Source of the DNA: a candidate division WOR-3 bacterium
Lineage (GTDB): Bacteria > Hydrothermota > Tepidihabitantia > Tepidihabitantales > Tepidihabitantaceae
DNA length: 64,000 nucleotides
Direction: 5' to 3'
NCBI GenBank assembly: GCA_965649295.1
Contig: CBFGKH010000001.1
Coordinates: 288,001 to 352,000, forward strand
Shown here in pieces: positions 8,918-20,336 of this stretch. Numbering within the stretch: the first letter of the stretch is position 1; each line of letters starts with the position of its first letter. Made by a program: the position numbers and the translations under genes. The notes under the pieces are model-generated. The model did no database searches and had not been told where the DNA came from. It saw only the letters and a list, made by a program, of their open reading frames with translations.

Positions 8918-10732
8918 CTAATGGGACAGTATCAGCTTCGTGACCGGCGACTCGCTACCCGCCACACGGGCAAAGTAGATGCCACTGGCCAGCTTGTCAG
9001 CATCAAGCCGAGCCTCGCCCCGCACTAGGTCAAGTCGGCGCACGATACTGCCGCAAGCGTCATAGACCTCAATCGCCCGCTCGCCACCACGCGGATTAGC
9101 GAGCCGCAGCCATGTGACGCTGCCAAATGGATTCGGACTAGCTGTGACTCGCACCGGCACTGGCACTGGCAGCGGAGCAAGCTCTTCCTCGACGCCGACC
9201 GTGCCGCGGACAACCGCGCTGATACAGACATCCCGTGCCGAAGCATCACGGCCTGGTGCCCAGACACCGGTGAACTCCCAGCCCATGTTCGAGAGCGGTG
9301 GCACTGAGTCCATCCCGAACGAGACCGTCGAATCGGGTGAGACGATGCCAACGAAGAACGTTCCGTCTTCAATGACCACCGGCGTCGGCAACGCCTGCTG
9401 GTACCACTGGCCAAGAGTAATCCTGATGGTCGTCTGATACAGCGTGTCACCGGGCCCGCCGCCGATACCGTTGTCATCATAGAGGCCGAATACGCAGTTC
9501 TGGCCACTAGCCGACTGAGCCCAGGCCCGGATTGCAGTCACGGTGCACGGATAGACCGGTGGAATGAACCGGTTACCAAACCCACCAAACCCGTTCCAGT
9601 ACATTGCGCTGTAGGCCGAATCGGTGTAAGTCAGTGTTCCGGGCAGGGTGAGTACCCGCACTTCGATGTTGCAGGTATCGTTCGTCCGGGCCATGTCACC
9701 AGTCAGATTGGTGATGAATCGGGCGATATAGGTACCAGTCGTGGTCGGTGTCCAGGCCGCGAAATTGAGCGACTCTTCCTGCCCCGGGGTCAGGGGCGAG
9801 CTCCAGGCCGAGTCGGTAAAGACCACGCTACCGTTCTGCCGCAGGATTCGAGCATACACCTTGAACGAAGCCTCAGGCTGGTTGCCAAAGTTCTTCACCT
9901 TGGCCCAGAGCCGCAACGGTCGATTGTTCGGCTGGAACACACCGCCGCGATACTCGTTCATCGCCACATCAACACCGACGTCATGAGCCTGATAGGTTGT
10001 TGACTCGGGCGGGAAGAATCGGACTGCCAGGTCTGCGTGGTACATGTTGCCGGGTGGAGTCACGCCGGAAAGGTAGTTCAGTCCGACCGCACCGGAGACG
10101 TTCTCGATACCGGTCTGGTTATTTGTCGGCGACCAGCCGTTGTAGGGCGCGCCCGACTGCTCCTTATACTGGAAGGTAATCGAGGAATCAGGCCGGCTGA
10201 GGATAACCTGGAAGGTGTTGTTGCCGCCGGTATTCCAGAACCGAACGCTGTCATACTGAACAATGAAGGTGTCCTGCGCCGGATTGGTCCAATACCAGAC
10301 CGACCCGTTTGGCGAACCGGTCGGGCTGCAGTCAATATCGGACATCAGGATCGCCAAGGTGTTGTTCGACCGGTTAACCGACGGAATCCGCTGGAACGGC
10401 GAGGCATTCATCGTGTTGTCGTGGAACGCGATGTAGCCGTTCGAACCGATGTAGCAGGACGTCACCTGATACCAGTAATACGGGAACGAAAAGCCGAGCG
10501 GGAAAGGCCCGACAACATTGTCGTCGCCAAGACCGGTAACTCTGGTGCCGATGCCCTTGATGTTAATCCAGTTGAACGTCGGGGCACCAGGACAGACCGT
10601 GTCCGAATCAAGATAGCGATACCCATAGGCATCAGGCCCGCCGCCGCCGAGCAGTGTCGGTTCAGCGGGTGGAGCCTGGATACCGGCTGGGGTCATCGCC
10701 ACCAGCACGGCTGCAAGAATGGTTACGAGCAT
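8918..10732 (-). CDS. Secreted protein with a CARDB-like domain and T9SS-type C-terminal domain
   Basis: Signal peptide, GGPDAYGY motif, C-terminal 'PNPF...SGIYFARV...KLIL'; AGGAGG RBS. Confidence 0.8.
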   Translation of the reverse strand: MLVTILAAVLVAMTPAGIQAPPAEPTLLGGGGPDAYGYRYLDSDTVCPGAPTFNWINIKGIGTRVTGLGDDNVVGPFPLGFSFPYYWYQVTSCYIGSNGYIAFHDNTMNASPFQRIPSVNRSNNTLAILMSDIDCSPTGSPNGSVWYWTNPAQDTFIVQYDSVRFWNTGGNNTFQVILSRPDSSITFQYKEQSGAPYNGWSPTNNQTGIENVSGAVGLNYLSGVTPPGNMYHADLAVRFFPPESTTYQAHDVGVDVAMNEYRGGVFQPNNRPLRLWAKVKNFGNQPEASFKVYARILRQNGSVVFTDSAWSSPLTPGQEESLNFAAWTPTTTGTYIARFITNLTGDMARTNDTCNIEVRVLTLPGTLTYTDSAYSAMYWNGFGGFGNRFIPPVYPCTVTAIRAWAQSASGQNCVFGLYDDNGIGGGPGDTLYQTTIRITLGQWYQQALPTPVVIEDGTFFVGIVSPDSTVSFGMDSVPPLSNMGWEFTGVWAPGRDASARDVCISAVVRGTVGVEEELAPLPVPVPVRVTASPNPFGSVTWLRLANPRGGERAIEVYDACGSIVRRLDLVRGEARLDADKLASGIYFARVAGSESPVTKLILSH

Positions 10733-10906
10733 TGGTCCTCCTTTAGGTCCTGCCAGTGCAGCGACCTCTCAATTGTTGCAAGTACTGCAATACTGACAGC
10801 AACTGTGCTGCCAGCATCACTATAGACAGAGACCCCCGGATGTCAAGCTACCGTAATCGCCCTGTTGGTTTGACGCAAGCTCTGTTGGCGCTAGATTGCT
10901 ATCCAG

Positions 10907-11953
10907 ATGAACCTGCTCGCCCTGCTCGTCTTCGCTACCAGCCTTGGCACGAATGACGCCCTCACAGCGGTTGACCAGGCCCGGTCTCGCCTCATTCTCG
11001 AACAGCTTCCTCTTGCCTTGAGCTGGCACGGTACCGCGGCTCTCCTCTATTCAGAACCGGACGCACTGCCAGACAAGATTGGCGTCTATTTTGCGGGTGC
11101 CACGCTCGGCTATTCCGGCACCCTGCTGGCCACCGGCTGGTTACCCCTGAACGAGTCTCAAGCCCATCTCGCCACTGCTCTCGCCTACCGTGGCATCCTC
11201 GCTGGCCACTCGCTCGATTCCTGGGTGAAGTTCCAGCCCTGGTCACGACGCGTACTCGTAATGTGGCTCGGCAGTATCACTGCCCAGGCCGTCGGCCTCG
11301 TCAGCGGCCGCTGCCTGAACCCTGGCCAGGCCGAGCTACTCCTCACCGCCACCGACCTCGGTGCGCTTCAGGGCATCGGCATCGGCACAATCCTAAACGA
11401 CGTAGTATTCCACGATTCGCTCTGGCATTCCTCACCCTCAACCGGCATCCTACCCGGCCAGGTCATCGGTGCGATTGCCGGCCTCGCTATGCTTCAGAGT
11501 TGGCACCGCACCGAAGGCCAGACGCAGCTAATTCGGGCCGGCGGGTTGGTCGGCGGAGCAATTACAACCGCTACCTGTCTCGTTCTGGCTGGCAATGCCA
11601 GCCTACGGACCCAGAGCATTGCCGCTGGAGCCGGTATGGCCGGCTCGCTTGTTGGTGCCCTACTCACTGCTCAGGCTGTGCGCAATTGCGAATTCGGTGT
11701 CGGCAACGGCTGGCGGCTGGCGGCCGCTGGTACCAGCGGCCTGTTGGCTGGCGCCGCCGCCGGCTGGGCATTTCGCGGTACCCGTGGCGCCCTTGGTGCC
11801 GGCTTGGCCGGCCTCGGGACCCGACTGACGACCGAACTTCTCCTTGCTAGCAGACAACAAAAGGCAGGTTGGACTGCTCGCCTGACACCGTTGGCAGCCA
11901 GTTCTTCTCGAATCGACCACCACTGGACAATCGGTCTCGGCATTCGCTTCTAG
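10907..11953 (+). CDS. Hypothetical Gly/Ala-rich membrane protein
   Basis: 348-aa hydrophobic ORF ending in F; TTGACG-N16-TAGATT upstream. Confidence 0.6.
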   Translation: MNLLALLVFATSLGTNDALTAVDQARSRLILEQLPLALSWHGTAALLYSEPDALPDKIGVYFAGATLGYSGTLLATGWLPLNESQAHLATALAYRGILAGHSLDSWVKFQPWSRRVLVMWLGSITAQAVGLVSGRCLNPGQAELLLTATDLGALQGIGIGTILNDVVFHDSLWHSSPSTGILPGQVIGAIAGLAMLQSWHRTEGQTQLIRAGGLVGGAITTATCLVLAGNASLRTQSIAAGAGMAGSLVGALLTAQAVRNCEFGVGNGWRLAAAGTSGLLAGAAAGWAFRGTRGALGAGLAGLGTRLTTELLLASRQQKAGWTARLTPLAASSSRIDHHWTIGLGIRF

Positions 11954-12025
11954 CCGACTATCGTCTGCCCGCGGTTGACAGGATTGGTCAGCCGACTAGA
12001 ATACGACACCGAGGAGGTCCAAGCC

Positions 12026-12709
12026 ATGTCCCCAAAGCCTGCTGGTATCGCTCGCTATATCGATCACACGCTGCTCAAGCCGGATGCAACCCCGGCCGAG
12101 ATTGAGCAGCTCTGCCGCGAGGCGATTGAGCACGGATTTGCCGCAGTCTGCGTCAATTCCTGCTACGTTGCCATCTGCCGAAGGCTGATCGGCGAGAAGG
12201 GCCCAATCCGGGTCTGCTCGGTTGTCGGCTTCCCGCTGGGCGCAATGGTGGTGGAGGCTAAGCAAGCCGAAGCCGAACAGGCCATCTTCCGCGGTGCTGA
12301 TGAGCTGGACATGGTTGCCAACGTCGGCTGGCTTAAAGCCAAAGAGGATCGCCGCTACTTGGCCGACATCAAGGCAGTCGTGACTGCGGCCCGCGGACGG
12401 ACTGTCAAGGTCATACTCGAGACCTGCCTGCTGACTGACGAAGAGAAGGAACGGGCCACCCGCCTCGCCATCGAAGCCGGCGCAACGTTTGTCAAGACCT
12501 CGACCGGCTTTGCCAGCGGCGGCGCAACCGTTGCCGACGTGGCCCTGCTTGTCCGGGTTGCGGCGGACCGAATCAAGGTGAAGGCCAGCGGAGGAATTCG
12601 CGACTACGGTACGGCCATGGCAATGATTCAGGCCGGAGCAGCACGAATCGGCACCAGTGCCGGAGTCGCCATTGTCGAACAAGAGCGAGCGCAGCGCTCG
12701 CAAGGATGA
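12026..12709 (+). CDS. deoC: Deoxyribose-phosphate aldolase
   Basis: IDHTLLKP, VGFPLG, FVKTSTGF, KASGGIR; GAGGAGG RBS; TTGACA-N16-TAGAAT at 11975-12002. Confidence 0.95.
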   Translation: MSPKPAGIARYIDHTLLKPDATPAEIEQLCREAIEHGFAAVCVNSCYVAICRRLIGEKGPIRVCSVVGFPLGAMVVEAKQAEAEQAIFRGADELDMVANVGWLKAKEDRRYLADIKAVVTAARGRTVKVILETCLLTDEEKERATRLAIEAGATFVKTSTGFASGGATVADVALLVRVAADRIKVKASGGIRDYGTAMAMIQAGAARIGTSAGVAIVEQERAQRSQG

Positions 12710-12732
12710 ACAAAAGCAATCGGAGGAACTGA

Positions 12733-13977
12733 ATGGCGTATGGTAAGATGAAAGAGTTTCTGCAGGCTGAACTCAAGAGCGTTCAGGAAGCAGGGCTCTA
12801 CAAGCAGGAACGTTACATTCACGGCCCGCAGGGCGCGGATATCAAGGTCGAGTTTCCGGCCGGTTCGCCCCAGAAGGACGTGCTCAACTTCTGTGCGAAC
12901 AACTACCTCGGACTGTCCAGTCATCCCGAGGTAATGAAGGCGGCAAAGGAAGGCCTTGACAAGTGGGGCTACGGCATGTCCTCGGTGCGATTCATCTGCG
13001 GCACCCAGGACCTGCACCGCACCCTCGAAAAGAAGATTGCTGACTTCCTCGGCATGGAAGATGCTATTCTCTATTCTTCCTGCTTCGACGCCAACGGCGG
13101 TCTGTTTGAGTGCACCCTGACCGATCAGGATGCGGTCATCTCTGACGCCCTCAATCATGCCTCAATAATTGACGGCATTCGCCTCTGCAAGGCCGAGCGT
13201 CACCGCTACGAGCACGCCAATATGGCCGACCTCGAAGAGAAGCTGAAAGCAACCCAGGGCAAGCGTTTCCGGATGATTGCCACCGACGGCGCGTTCTCGA
13301 TGGACGGCGACGTCGCCAAGCTTCCTGAAATCTGCGACTTGGCCGAGAAGTATGACGCGCTGGTAATGATTGATGACTCGCACGCAACCGGGTTCATGGG
13401 CAAGCATGGCCGGGGTACCCATGAGCACCACAACGTGATGGACCGCGTCGATATCATCACGACGACATTCGGTAAGGCGATGGGCGGTGCCTCCGGCGGC
13501 GTCACTGCTGCTCGCAAGGAGATCGTCGAGATTTTGCGCCAGCGCTCACGGCCCTATCTCTTCTCGAACTCACTCGCGCCGGTTGTCGCTGCCGCTACGG
13601 TCAAGGTAATTGACCTACTGAGCTCCACCACCGAGCGCCGCGACAAGCTCGAGCGCAATACAATGTATTTCCGCAAGGCGATGACCGAGGCCGGCTTCGA
13701 CATCAAGCCGGGGGTCCACCCAATCGTGCCGATAATGCTATACAACGCCAAGCTTGCCCAGGACTTTGCCCGCGACCTCTACTTTGAGGGCATCTACGTC
13801 ATCGGCTTCTTCTATCCGGTCGTGCCCAAGGGCCAGGCCCGAATCCGTGTCCAGCTCTCTGCCGCGCACGAGACCGAGCACATTGACCGGGCAATCGCTG
13901 CCTTCAAGAAGGTTGGCGAGAAATACGGTATCCTCGGCAAGACCCGCGAGCAGATCATCGAGAAATACGGCCTCTAG
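12733..13977 (+). CDS. kbl: Glycine C-acetyltransferase (2-amino-3-ketobutyrate CoA ligase)
   Basis: [43 protein letters not shown]. Confidence 0.95.
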   Translation: MAYGKMKEFLQAELKSVQEAGLYKQERYIHGPQGADIKVEFPAGSPQKDVLNFCANNYLGLSSHPEVMKAAKEGLDKWGYGMSSVRFICGTQDLHRTLEKKIADFLGMEDAILYSSCFDANGGLFECTLTDQDAVISDALNHASIIDGIRLCKAERHRYEHANMADLEEKLKATQGKRFRMIATDGAFSMDGDVAKLPEICDLAEKYDALVMIDDSHATGFMGKHGRGTHEHHNVMDRVDIITTTFGKAMGGASGGVTAARKEIVEILRQRSRPYLFSNSLAPVVAAATVKVIDLLSSTTERRDKLERNTMYFRKAMTEAGFDIKPGVHPIVPIMLYNAKLAQDFARDLYFEGIYVIGFFYPVVPKGQARIRVQLSAAHETEHIDRAIAAFKKVGEKYGILGKTREQIIEKYGL

Positions 13978-14052
13978 TTCGCCACAGCCACTAGTAGTGC
14001 GTCCCGCCCAGTCTGGGCGGGACGCCAGTTTTGGCCCACCATAATCAGAACC

Positions 14053-14913
14053 TCAGAGTGGCCCTGCCCGGCCGGCCTGCTGGTAACCGTTAGCAGACCG
14101 GCTCCTCCGCGTCCAAAGCGGCCGCACGCCCAGGCCGCGCACCTCAACTTGGGAACGGACAAACCCGAACCCCGCCATCTCGGCTGCGCCAAGCGCCGGT
14201 CGCAGCGGATTGTTCTCAACAACAAAGATGTTAGGAATTGAAAGAAGCGGCTCGAACGAACAAGCGCTAACAGCGGTCGGTAGCGAGAACGAACCAAGTA
14301 GAGCAACGTCAGCAACCGGGCCGGATTGAGTCATCATTAGTTCGGCCGGGTCGAGGATGCGGAGTCGGCGCACTCGCTCTTTTGCCGCCTTAGCCTCAAG
14401 ATACCGGCGCAACAGAGGCAGCGGTTCCAGGACAATTACACCAGCCGACTTACGCAAGCGGGGCAGGATGACACTTGTGCCGTCGCCAGCCAGCAGCCAG
14501 CGGGTACGCCAGAGTGGAAACTGGCGCAGAATCGGCTCAAACTTCCACTCATTCCAAGGCAGGGCATCCCAGAGCGGCGGTGCCTTGGCCCGCAACAGCT
14601 CAAATGCGCAGCGCCGCACCAGCTTGGCCTTAGCCTGATCTATTCGAGCCAGTGTCAGTTCGCCTTCTGGCCACGCATAGTAAGCTGGGTCCAGACCAGC
14701 GAGCTCAATCTTGAGGTGACAGAGTACGTGCGGCGCGTTGGTCAGCGCAACTGTCCAGCAATCTTGCCAGTCAGCCGACGGTAACTGACGATTGGCCGCG
14801 AAAACCGCCGCCAGTGTCTGACTGTCGAGAAGACAAAAATCGTCGAACCCGAGCTGGCCCAGTTGGACGAGCCACCCGCCAAGGTCGGTCTGCTCCGTGC
14901 CTGCCGCCGCCAT
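14053..14913 (-). CDS. Hypothetical protein
   Basis: 286-aa ORF at the end of the tal-tkt-aminotransferase run; no family recognised. Confidence 0.55.
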   Translation of the reverse strand: MAAAGTEQTDLGGWLVQLGQLGFDDFCLLDSQTLAAVFAANRQLPSADWQDCWTVALTNAPHVLCHLKIELAGLDPAYYAWPEGELTLARIDQAKAKLVRRCAFELLRAKAPPLWDALPWNEWKFEPILRQFPLWRTRWLLAGDGTSVILPRLRKSAGVIVLEPLPLLRRYLEAKAAKERVRRLRILDPAELMMTQSGPVADVALLGSFSLPTAVSACSFEPLLSIPNIFVVENNPLRPALGAAEMAGFGFVRSQVEVRGLGVRPLWTRRSRSANGYQQAGRAGPL

Positions 14914-14950
14914 CTTGGTGGCCTAGCTCGGCACTGCTGACAGCCAGCCG

Positions 14951-16111
14951 CTAGCGATTGGCCAACAGCCGGCCAATCTTCTCCAGGGCGCGGCCGATGT
15001 TCGCAACTGAATTGGCGTAGCTGAAACGCAGAAACCCGTCGCCATACTTGCCGAAGCAGGTACCAGCGAGACAGGCCACGCCCTGCTCCTCGAGGAGTCG
15101 GTTGGCGAGCACCTGACAGTCAATCCCTGTGCCCTCGACATTGGGGAAAACATAGAAGGCACCCTGCGGAGTGGCACAACGGAATCCCCGCAACTGATTC
15201 AACCCCGCAACGATGAAATCCCGCCGTCGCCGAAACTCCGCAATCATCGCCTCGACCTCATCGCGCGGCCCAGTCAAGGCGCCGAGACAGGCTCGCTGGC
15301 TGAACGTCGCCGTGCAGGAGTTGAGATTGGTCTGAATCCTGGCCAGTTGCTCAGCCATCAGAGTGGGCATTATTCCGTATCCGACCCGCCAGCCAGTCAT
15401 CGCGTAGGTCTTGGAGAAACCGTCGACCACTATCAGCCGATTCTCCAACTCTGGAAACTGGCTAATACTCACAAACCTGCCGTCGTAGATAATCTCGCTA
15501 TACACCTCATCCGCCAGCACCCAGACATCATGTTCGACCGCGGTTCTGGCAATGAGCGCTAGGTCCTCGCGCGTCAGCATCCCGCCGGTCGGATTGTGAG
15601 GTGAGTTGATGACAATCAACTTGGTACGAGGATTGACCAGGCTAGCAAGCTCCTCGGCGTCGAGCCGAAACTGCCGCTCCTCACGCAGTCGGATGGGAAC
15701 CGCATGTCCCCCGAGGAAGTTGATCATTGACTCGTAAATCGGGTACCCCGGATTAGGATAGATTACCTCATCGCCGGGCTCGACCAGCGCCAGCATCGCA
15801 AACGACATTATCGGCTTGGCACCAGGTGCAACTACTACCTGGTCAGGCGTGAACTTGACCCCCCGAAACCGGCCCGCATATTCGGCAATCGCCTCCCGCA
15901 GCTCCGGCAGCCCGGCGGCCGGGCCATAGTGAGTGTAACCCTGGTCCAGTGCCTGCTTGGCTGCTTCCCGAATGTGTGCGGGCGTCGTGAAATCCGGTTC
16001 GCCAATTTCGAGATGGATGACCTCCATCTTGCACTCAAGGGCCCGCGCTCGGCAGAGACAGTCAAACGCAGTCTCGGTTCCCAACTGATTCATCCGACTG
16101 GCAAGTCGCAT
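14951..16111 (-). CDS. PLP-dependent aminotransferase class I/II (aspartate aminotransferase-like)
   Basis: GEPDF, NSPHNPTG, DEVY, GFSKTYAMTGWRVG. Confidence 0.92.
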   Translation of the reverse strand: MRLASRMNQLGTETAFDCLCRARALECKMEVIHLEIGEPDFTTPAHIREAAKQALDQGYTHYGPAAGLPELREAIAEYAGRFRGVKFTPDQVVVAPGAKPIMSFAMLALVEPGDEVIYPNPGYPIYESMINFLGGHAVPIRLREERQFRLDAEELASLVNPRTKLIVINSPHNPTGGMLTREDLALIARTAVEHDVWVLADEVYSEIIYDGRFVSISQFPELENRLIVVDGFSKTYAMTGWRVGYGIMPTLMAEQLARIQTNLNSCTATFSQRACLGALTGPRDEVEAMIAEFRRRRDFIVAGLNQLRGFRCATPQGAFYVFPNVEGTGIDCQVLANRLLEEQGVACLAGTCFGKYGDGFLRFSYANSVANIGRALEKIGRLLANR

Positions 16112-18259
16112 CTACTTGGCCTCACTCTTCGGCTTGCGGCCAGGACGACGGCCGGGCTTCTTGACCGGCTCCTCGCCGCTGGCCGCGGTCTCCTTGACCG
16201 GCTCGGTCTTGACCGCCTTCGGCTTCCTGCCCTTGACTACCTTCTGCTCCCGCGTCATATCGTAGAGTGCCTTGGCCCTGGCCGCGATGTGCTCGGCCGA
16301 TACCTCGAACTCCCACATCAGTTCCCAAGGCTGGCCCGACTCGCCGAACCGATCCTTCACCCCAATCGCGTCAAACGCCACCGGTACGCCATAAAGCTCC
16401 GGTGCCCGGTGCAGTGCCAGCGAGACCCAGTTGGCCAAACCACCAATCTGATGCTCCTCAGCCGTCAGAATGATGCCCGTATCAAGTGCCGCCGCAATAA
16501 TCGCCTGCGGGTTGAAGGGCTTCAATGTATGCTGATTGATGACGCGCGTCTGTAGCCCATATTCGGCCCGCAGAATCCAGGCGGCCCGCAGTGCCTCGGG
16601 TACCATCGGCCCGCAGGCAACGATTGCCAGGTCTTCCTTTTCGTTCTTGTACTCCGTCGCCAGTACGCAGTCGAAGGCGTCAAGCAGATACTCCTTCTCC
16701 TCACGCAAGCGGTAGACGTTCGCAATCCCCCACTCATACGGTGAGGTGGGCCGCGTAACAACCGGTGTCGCCTCGCGGGCGAAGCGGATGTACTTAGGCC
16801 CCTTGACCTGAAACAGCATGTATTCGGTCGCCCGCTCGGTCTCCAGCGCATCGCAGGGCACGGCTACACTCATGTTGGGCAAGCCGCAAATCTGGAACAG
16901 GTCCTCCAGTGCCTGATGGGTCGCACCATCTGGCCCAACCGAGACACCGCCGTGAGCACCGGCAATCAGCACGTCGAAGTTACCGTAGCAGACAGTTGTG
17001 CGGAGCTGGTCGAGGTTCCGACCAGCCGCAAAAACGCCATAGGTGCCGAATATCGGCAGCTTGCCTTCCTTGGCCAGACCGGCCGCCACACAGGTACCGG
17101 ACTGCTCAGCAATGCCCACCGAAATCCACCGCTCGCAGCGGTCAGCGTCACACTCGTAGAACTTGGCGATGGCAATTGACCCCGAGATATCCGCGCCAAT
17201 CGCAACTGTCCGCCGATCAGCCCCGGCCCGGGCTAGAGCCTCGCCGAATCCGAAACGGGTCGGCTTCATCTCCACCTTCATCACCGGCTGCCGGTTCCAG
17301 AAGTAGTCCCGACTGAACTTCGGCACCTTGGCCAAAAGCTTCTCGGTCACCGCTGCCTGATAATCCTCAGCCTTCTTGAGAAGTTTCTTATAGTCAAGCC
17401 GGAAGTCGAGGCCAAGCTGCTTCAGCCCTTGCACCATCTGCTCATGATCCGGCGCCTTGCCGTGCCAGCCCGCCACGTTCTCCATGAAGTCAACGCCCTT
17501 GCCTTTGGTAGTGTTGGCGACAATCAAGGTGGGCTGGCCCTTGTGCTGGGCCGCTTTCTCAAAAGCCTTGACAATCTGCTGCATGTTGTGGCCATCAATC
17601 TCGGTCACGTTCCAGCCAAACGCCCGATACTTGTCAGCAATTGGATCAATCGGCATCACGTCCTTTACCCAGCCGTCAATCTGCAACCGGTTCTTGTCGA
17701 GAATGCAGCAGAGATTGTCCAGCCCCCAAGCTCCGGCCTCCATCACCGCCTCCCAAATCTGACCTTCCTGGTGCTCGCCGTCACCAGTGATGCAGTAGAT
17801 GCGATGGGTCTTGCGGTCCATCTTCGCTGCCTTTGCCATCCCCACTGCCACCGACAGACCCTGGCCGAGCGAACCGGAGGATATCTCCACTCCCGGCAGC
17901 TTGAGCCAGTGAGGATGACCCTGAAACGGCGAATAGAGTTTACGCAGCAATACCACGTCTTCGATCGGGAAGTAACCAGCCATCCCCAGCCCCAGATAGA
18001 GAGCCGGCGCCTTGTGGCCGCACGACCAGATGATGCGGTCGCGGTCTGGCCAGTTCGGGTTCTGCGGGTCGTGACGAGCAACCTGCAAATAGAGCGCGGC
18101 AGTGATGTCCATGATCGACATCGTTCCGCCAGCATGACCAGACCCAGCCGCACAGAGCGCAATCAGATTGTAGCCGCGCATCAGATTGGCGGCCTGGGTC
18201 AGCTCCGCCAAACCGTGGCTCTTTCTCACCTGCCCGGTTGCAGAATCAACAAGCGGCAT
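16112..18259 (-). CDS. tkt: Transketolase, single chain resembling fused split-type N- and C-subunits
   Basis: SGHAGG, GSLGQG, GDGE..EGQIWEA (TPP motif), GIAEQ, VGPDGATHQ, FGESG. Confidence 0.92.
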   Translation of the reverse strand: MPLVDSATGQVRKSHGLAELTQAANLMRGYNLIALCAAGSGHAGGTMSIMDITAALYLQVARHDPQNPNWPDRDRIIWSCGHKAPALYLGLGMAGYFPIEDVVLLRKLYSPFQGHPHWLKLPGVEISSGSLGQGLSVAVGMAKAAKMDRKTHRIYCITGDGEHQEGQIWEAVMEAGAWGLDNLCCILDKNRLQIDGWVKDVMPIDPIADKYRAFGWNVTEIDGHNMQQIVKAFEKAAQHKGQPTLIVANTTKGKGVDFMENVAGWHGKAPDHEQMVQGLKQLGLDFRLDYKKLLKKAEDYQAAVTEKLLAKVPKFSRDYFWNRQPVMKVEMKPTRFGFGEALARAGADRRTVAIGADISGSIAIAKFYECDADRCERWISVGIAEQSGTCVAAGLAKEGKLPIFGTYGVFAAGRNLDQLRTTVCYGNFDVLIAGAHGGVSVGPDGATHQALEDLFQICGLPNMSVAVPCDALETERATEYMLFQVKGPKYIRFAREATPVVTRPTSPYEWGIANVYRLREEKEYLLDAFDCVLATEYKNEKEDLAIVACGPMVPEALRAAWILRAEYGLQTRVINQHTLKPFNPQAIIAAALDTGIILTAEEHQIGGLANWVSLALHRAPELYGVPVAFDAIGVKDRFGESGQPWELMWEFEVSAEHIAARAKALYDMTREQKVVKGRKPKAVKTEPVKETAASGEEPVKKPGRRPGRKPKSEAK

Positions 18260-18271
18260 CTTACCTCCCTG

Positions 18272-18922
18272 CTAGCTCCGCGGAATCTTCTGGTAGTCCT
18301 CGAAGAACTTCTTGATGCCCGCGTCGGTCAACGGATGCTGAACCATCTTCTTTAGAACATCAAAAGGAACGGTGGCGATGTGGGCGCGCGCCCGCAGTGA
18401 CTCAACGACGTGCAGCGGATGCCGAACACTGGCAGCAATAACCTCTGTCTCAAACCCATAAGCATCAACCATTTCAACAATATCCGCCACCAACGCCATT
18501 CCGTCATGCGCGATATCATCGAGCCGTCCAACAAACGGCGAGACGAACGTCGCGCCGGCCCGACAGGCAAGTAGCGCCTGGGTCACCGAGAAAACCAGGG
18601 TCACGTTTGTCTTAATCTCGCGCTCCGCCAGCCCGCGCACCGCCTTCAGCCCCTCAACCGTCAACGGAATCTTGATCGTTATCTTCTCGGCGTTGAGCCG
18701 AGCCCATTCTTCACCCTCGCGAATCATGCCGGTTGCATCACTCGCAATCGCTTCTACCGACACCGGGCCATTGACCACCCCGAGAATCTCCTGAACGCAT
18801 TCCTTCAAAGGCCGATTCGTCTTTGCCACCAGTGACGGATTGGTCGTAACTCCATCCAAAATGCCCCAGCTGGCAACTTCCCTAATCTCAACGATATCGG
18901 CAGAATCAAGAAATAGCTTCAC
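18272..18922 (-). CDS. tal: Transaldolase/fructose-6-phosphate aldolase family
   Basis: [33 protein letters not shown]. Confidence 0.93.
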   Translation of the reverse strand: MKLFLDSADIVEIREVASWGILDGVTTNPSLVAKTNRPLKECVQEILGVVNGPVSVEAIASDATGMIREGEEWARLNAEKITIKIPLTVEGLKAVRGLAEREIKTNVTLVFSVTQALLACRAGATFVSPFVGRLDDIAHDGMALVADIVEMVDAYGFETEVIAASVRHPLHVVESLRARAHIATVPFDVLKKMVQHPLTDAGIKKFFEDYQKIPRS

Positions 18923-19073
18923 CTAAGCCTCCTGTGGGTTGGATTGATTGCGGTTCGTCGCCGCGCCGCGGCTGATTATTGATTATGTGCAAGGGCCGTA
19001 GTATAGCATTACTATTGCCAAGGGCAAGACCGGGCTGCTTGACTTTGGTCAGGCCCAGAGAAGAATATTGCCG

Positions 19074-20336
19074 ATGGACAAACTCCTCATTCACGGCGGT
19101 CGCCGACTGACTGGCCGGGTTACTACCGCCAGCGCCAAGAACGCCACCTTGCCCCTACTCGCAGCCTGCCTCCTCACTGACGAGCCCTGTACTATCCGCC
19201 ATATCCCGCTGCTCGAAGACGTGAGCACGATGATCCGGCTGCTCCGTTCGATGGGCGTGACAATCCAACAGCGCGGCCGCTCCCTGACGATTACTGCCAG
19301 CAGCCGCATCGACCGCACCGCACCCTACGACATCGTCCGGAAGATGCGTGCCAGTTACTACGTTCTCGGCCCACTGCTTGCCCGCTTTGGTGACGCCCGC
19401 GTATCTCTGCCTGGCGGCTGCGCTATTGGCCCACGACCGGTTGATCTCCACCTCAAAGGAATCACCGCCCTCGGTGCCAATGTCGGCATCGAGCACGGCT
19501 ACATCCATGCCAAAGCCAGGCCGCTGCGTGGCAGCACCGTCCTGCTCGAGGGGCCGGCCGGGCCATCAGTCGGTGCCACTGCCAACACCATGATGGCTGC
19601 CACGCTTGCCCGCGGCGAGACGGTCATCGAGGGCGCAGCCTGCGAACCCGAAATTGTTGACCTTGCTAACATGCTCAACTCGATGGGTGCAAAGATTACT
19701 GGCCACGGCACACCCCTCATCCGCATCCGTGGAGTAAGAAGCCTTCACGCTGTCGAGTACCGCCCGATACCCGACCGGATCGAGGCTGGTACTCTGGCAG
19801 TTGCCGCTGCCATAACCCGTGGCCGAGTTGAGGTCACTGGCTGCGAACCCGACCACCTCACCGCGGTCATCACCAAGCTCCGCCAGGCTGGCATCACTGT
19901 CGAACCCGGCCGCCGCACCATCGTCGTTGCTGCCGACACCCGACCTGCGCCAATTACAATCTCCACTGCCCCCCATCCTGGTTTCCCTACTGACCTTCAG
20001 GCCCAGTTCACCGCCCTGCTCACCATCGGTCGCGGCACTAGCGTCGTAACCGAGAACATCTTCGAATCCCGCTTCCTTCACGCCCTCGAACTGAACCGGA
20101 TGGGAGCCCGTATCGACATCAACGGCAACATGGCCATAATCCAGGGCGTTGACCACCTGACTTCAGCCCAGGTAATGGCATCTGACCTGCGCGCCTCAGC
20201 TGCCTTGGTCCTGGCCGGGCTAGTAGCAAAGGGTACTACCGAGCTACTACGCATCTACCACCTCGACCGCGGCTACGAAAGACTCGAAAAGAAACTAGGC
20301 GCCCTCGGCGCTCGCATCGAGCGCCAGACCTACTAG
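19074..20336 (+). CDS. murA: UDP-N-acetylglucosamine 1-carboxyvinyltransferase
   Basis: AKNA, LPGGCAIGPRPVDLH, DRIEAGT, GFPTDLQ, DLRA. Confidence 0.97.
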   Translation: MDKLLIHGGRRLTGRVTTASAKNATLPLLAACLLTDEPCTIRHIPLLEDVSTMIRLLRSMGVTIQQRGRSLTITASSRIDRTAPYDIVRKMRASYYVLGPLLARFGDARVSLPGGCAIGPRPVDLHLKGITALGANVGIEHGYIHAKARPLRGSTVLLEGPAGPSVGATANTMMAATLARGETVIEGAACEPEIVDLANMLNSMGAKITGHGTPLIRIRGVRSLHAVEYRPIPDRIEAGTLAVAAAITRGRVEVTGCEPDHLTAVITKLRQAGITVEPGRRTIVVAADTRPAPITISTAPHPGFPTDLQAQFTALLTIGRGTSVVTENIFESRFLHALELNRMGARIDINGNMAIIQGVDHLTSAQVMASDLRASAALVLAGLVAKGTTELLRIYHLDRGYERLEKKLGALGARIERQTY

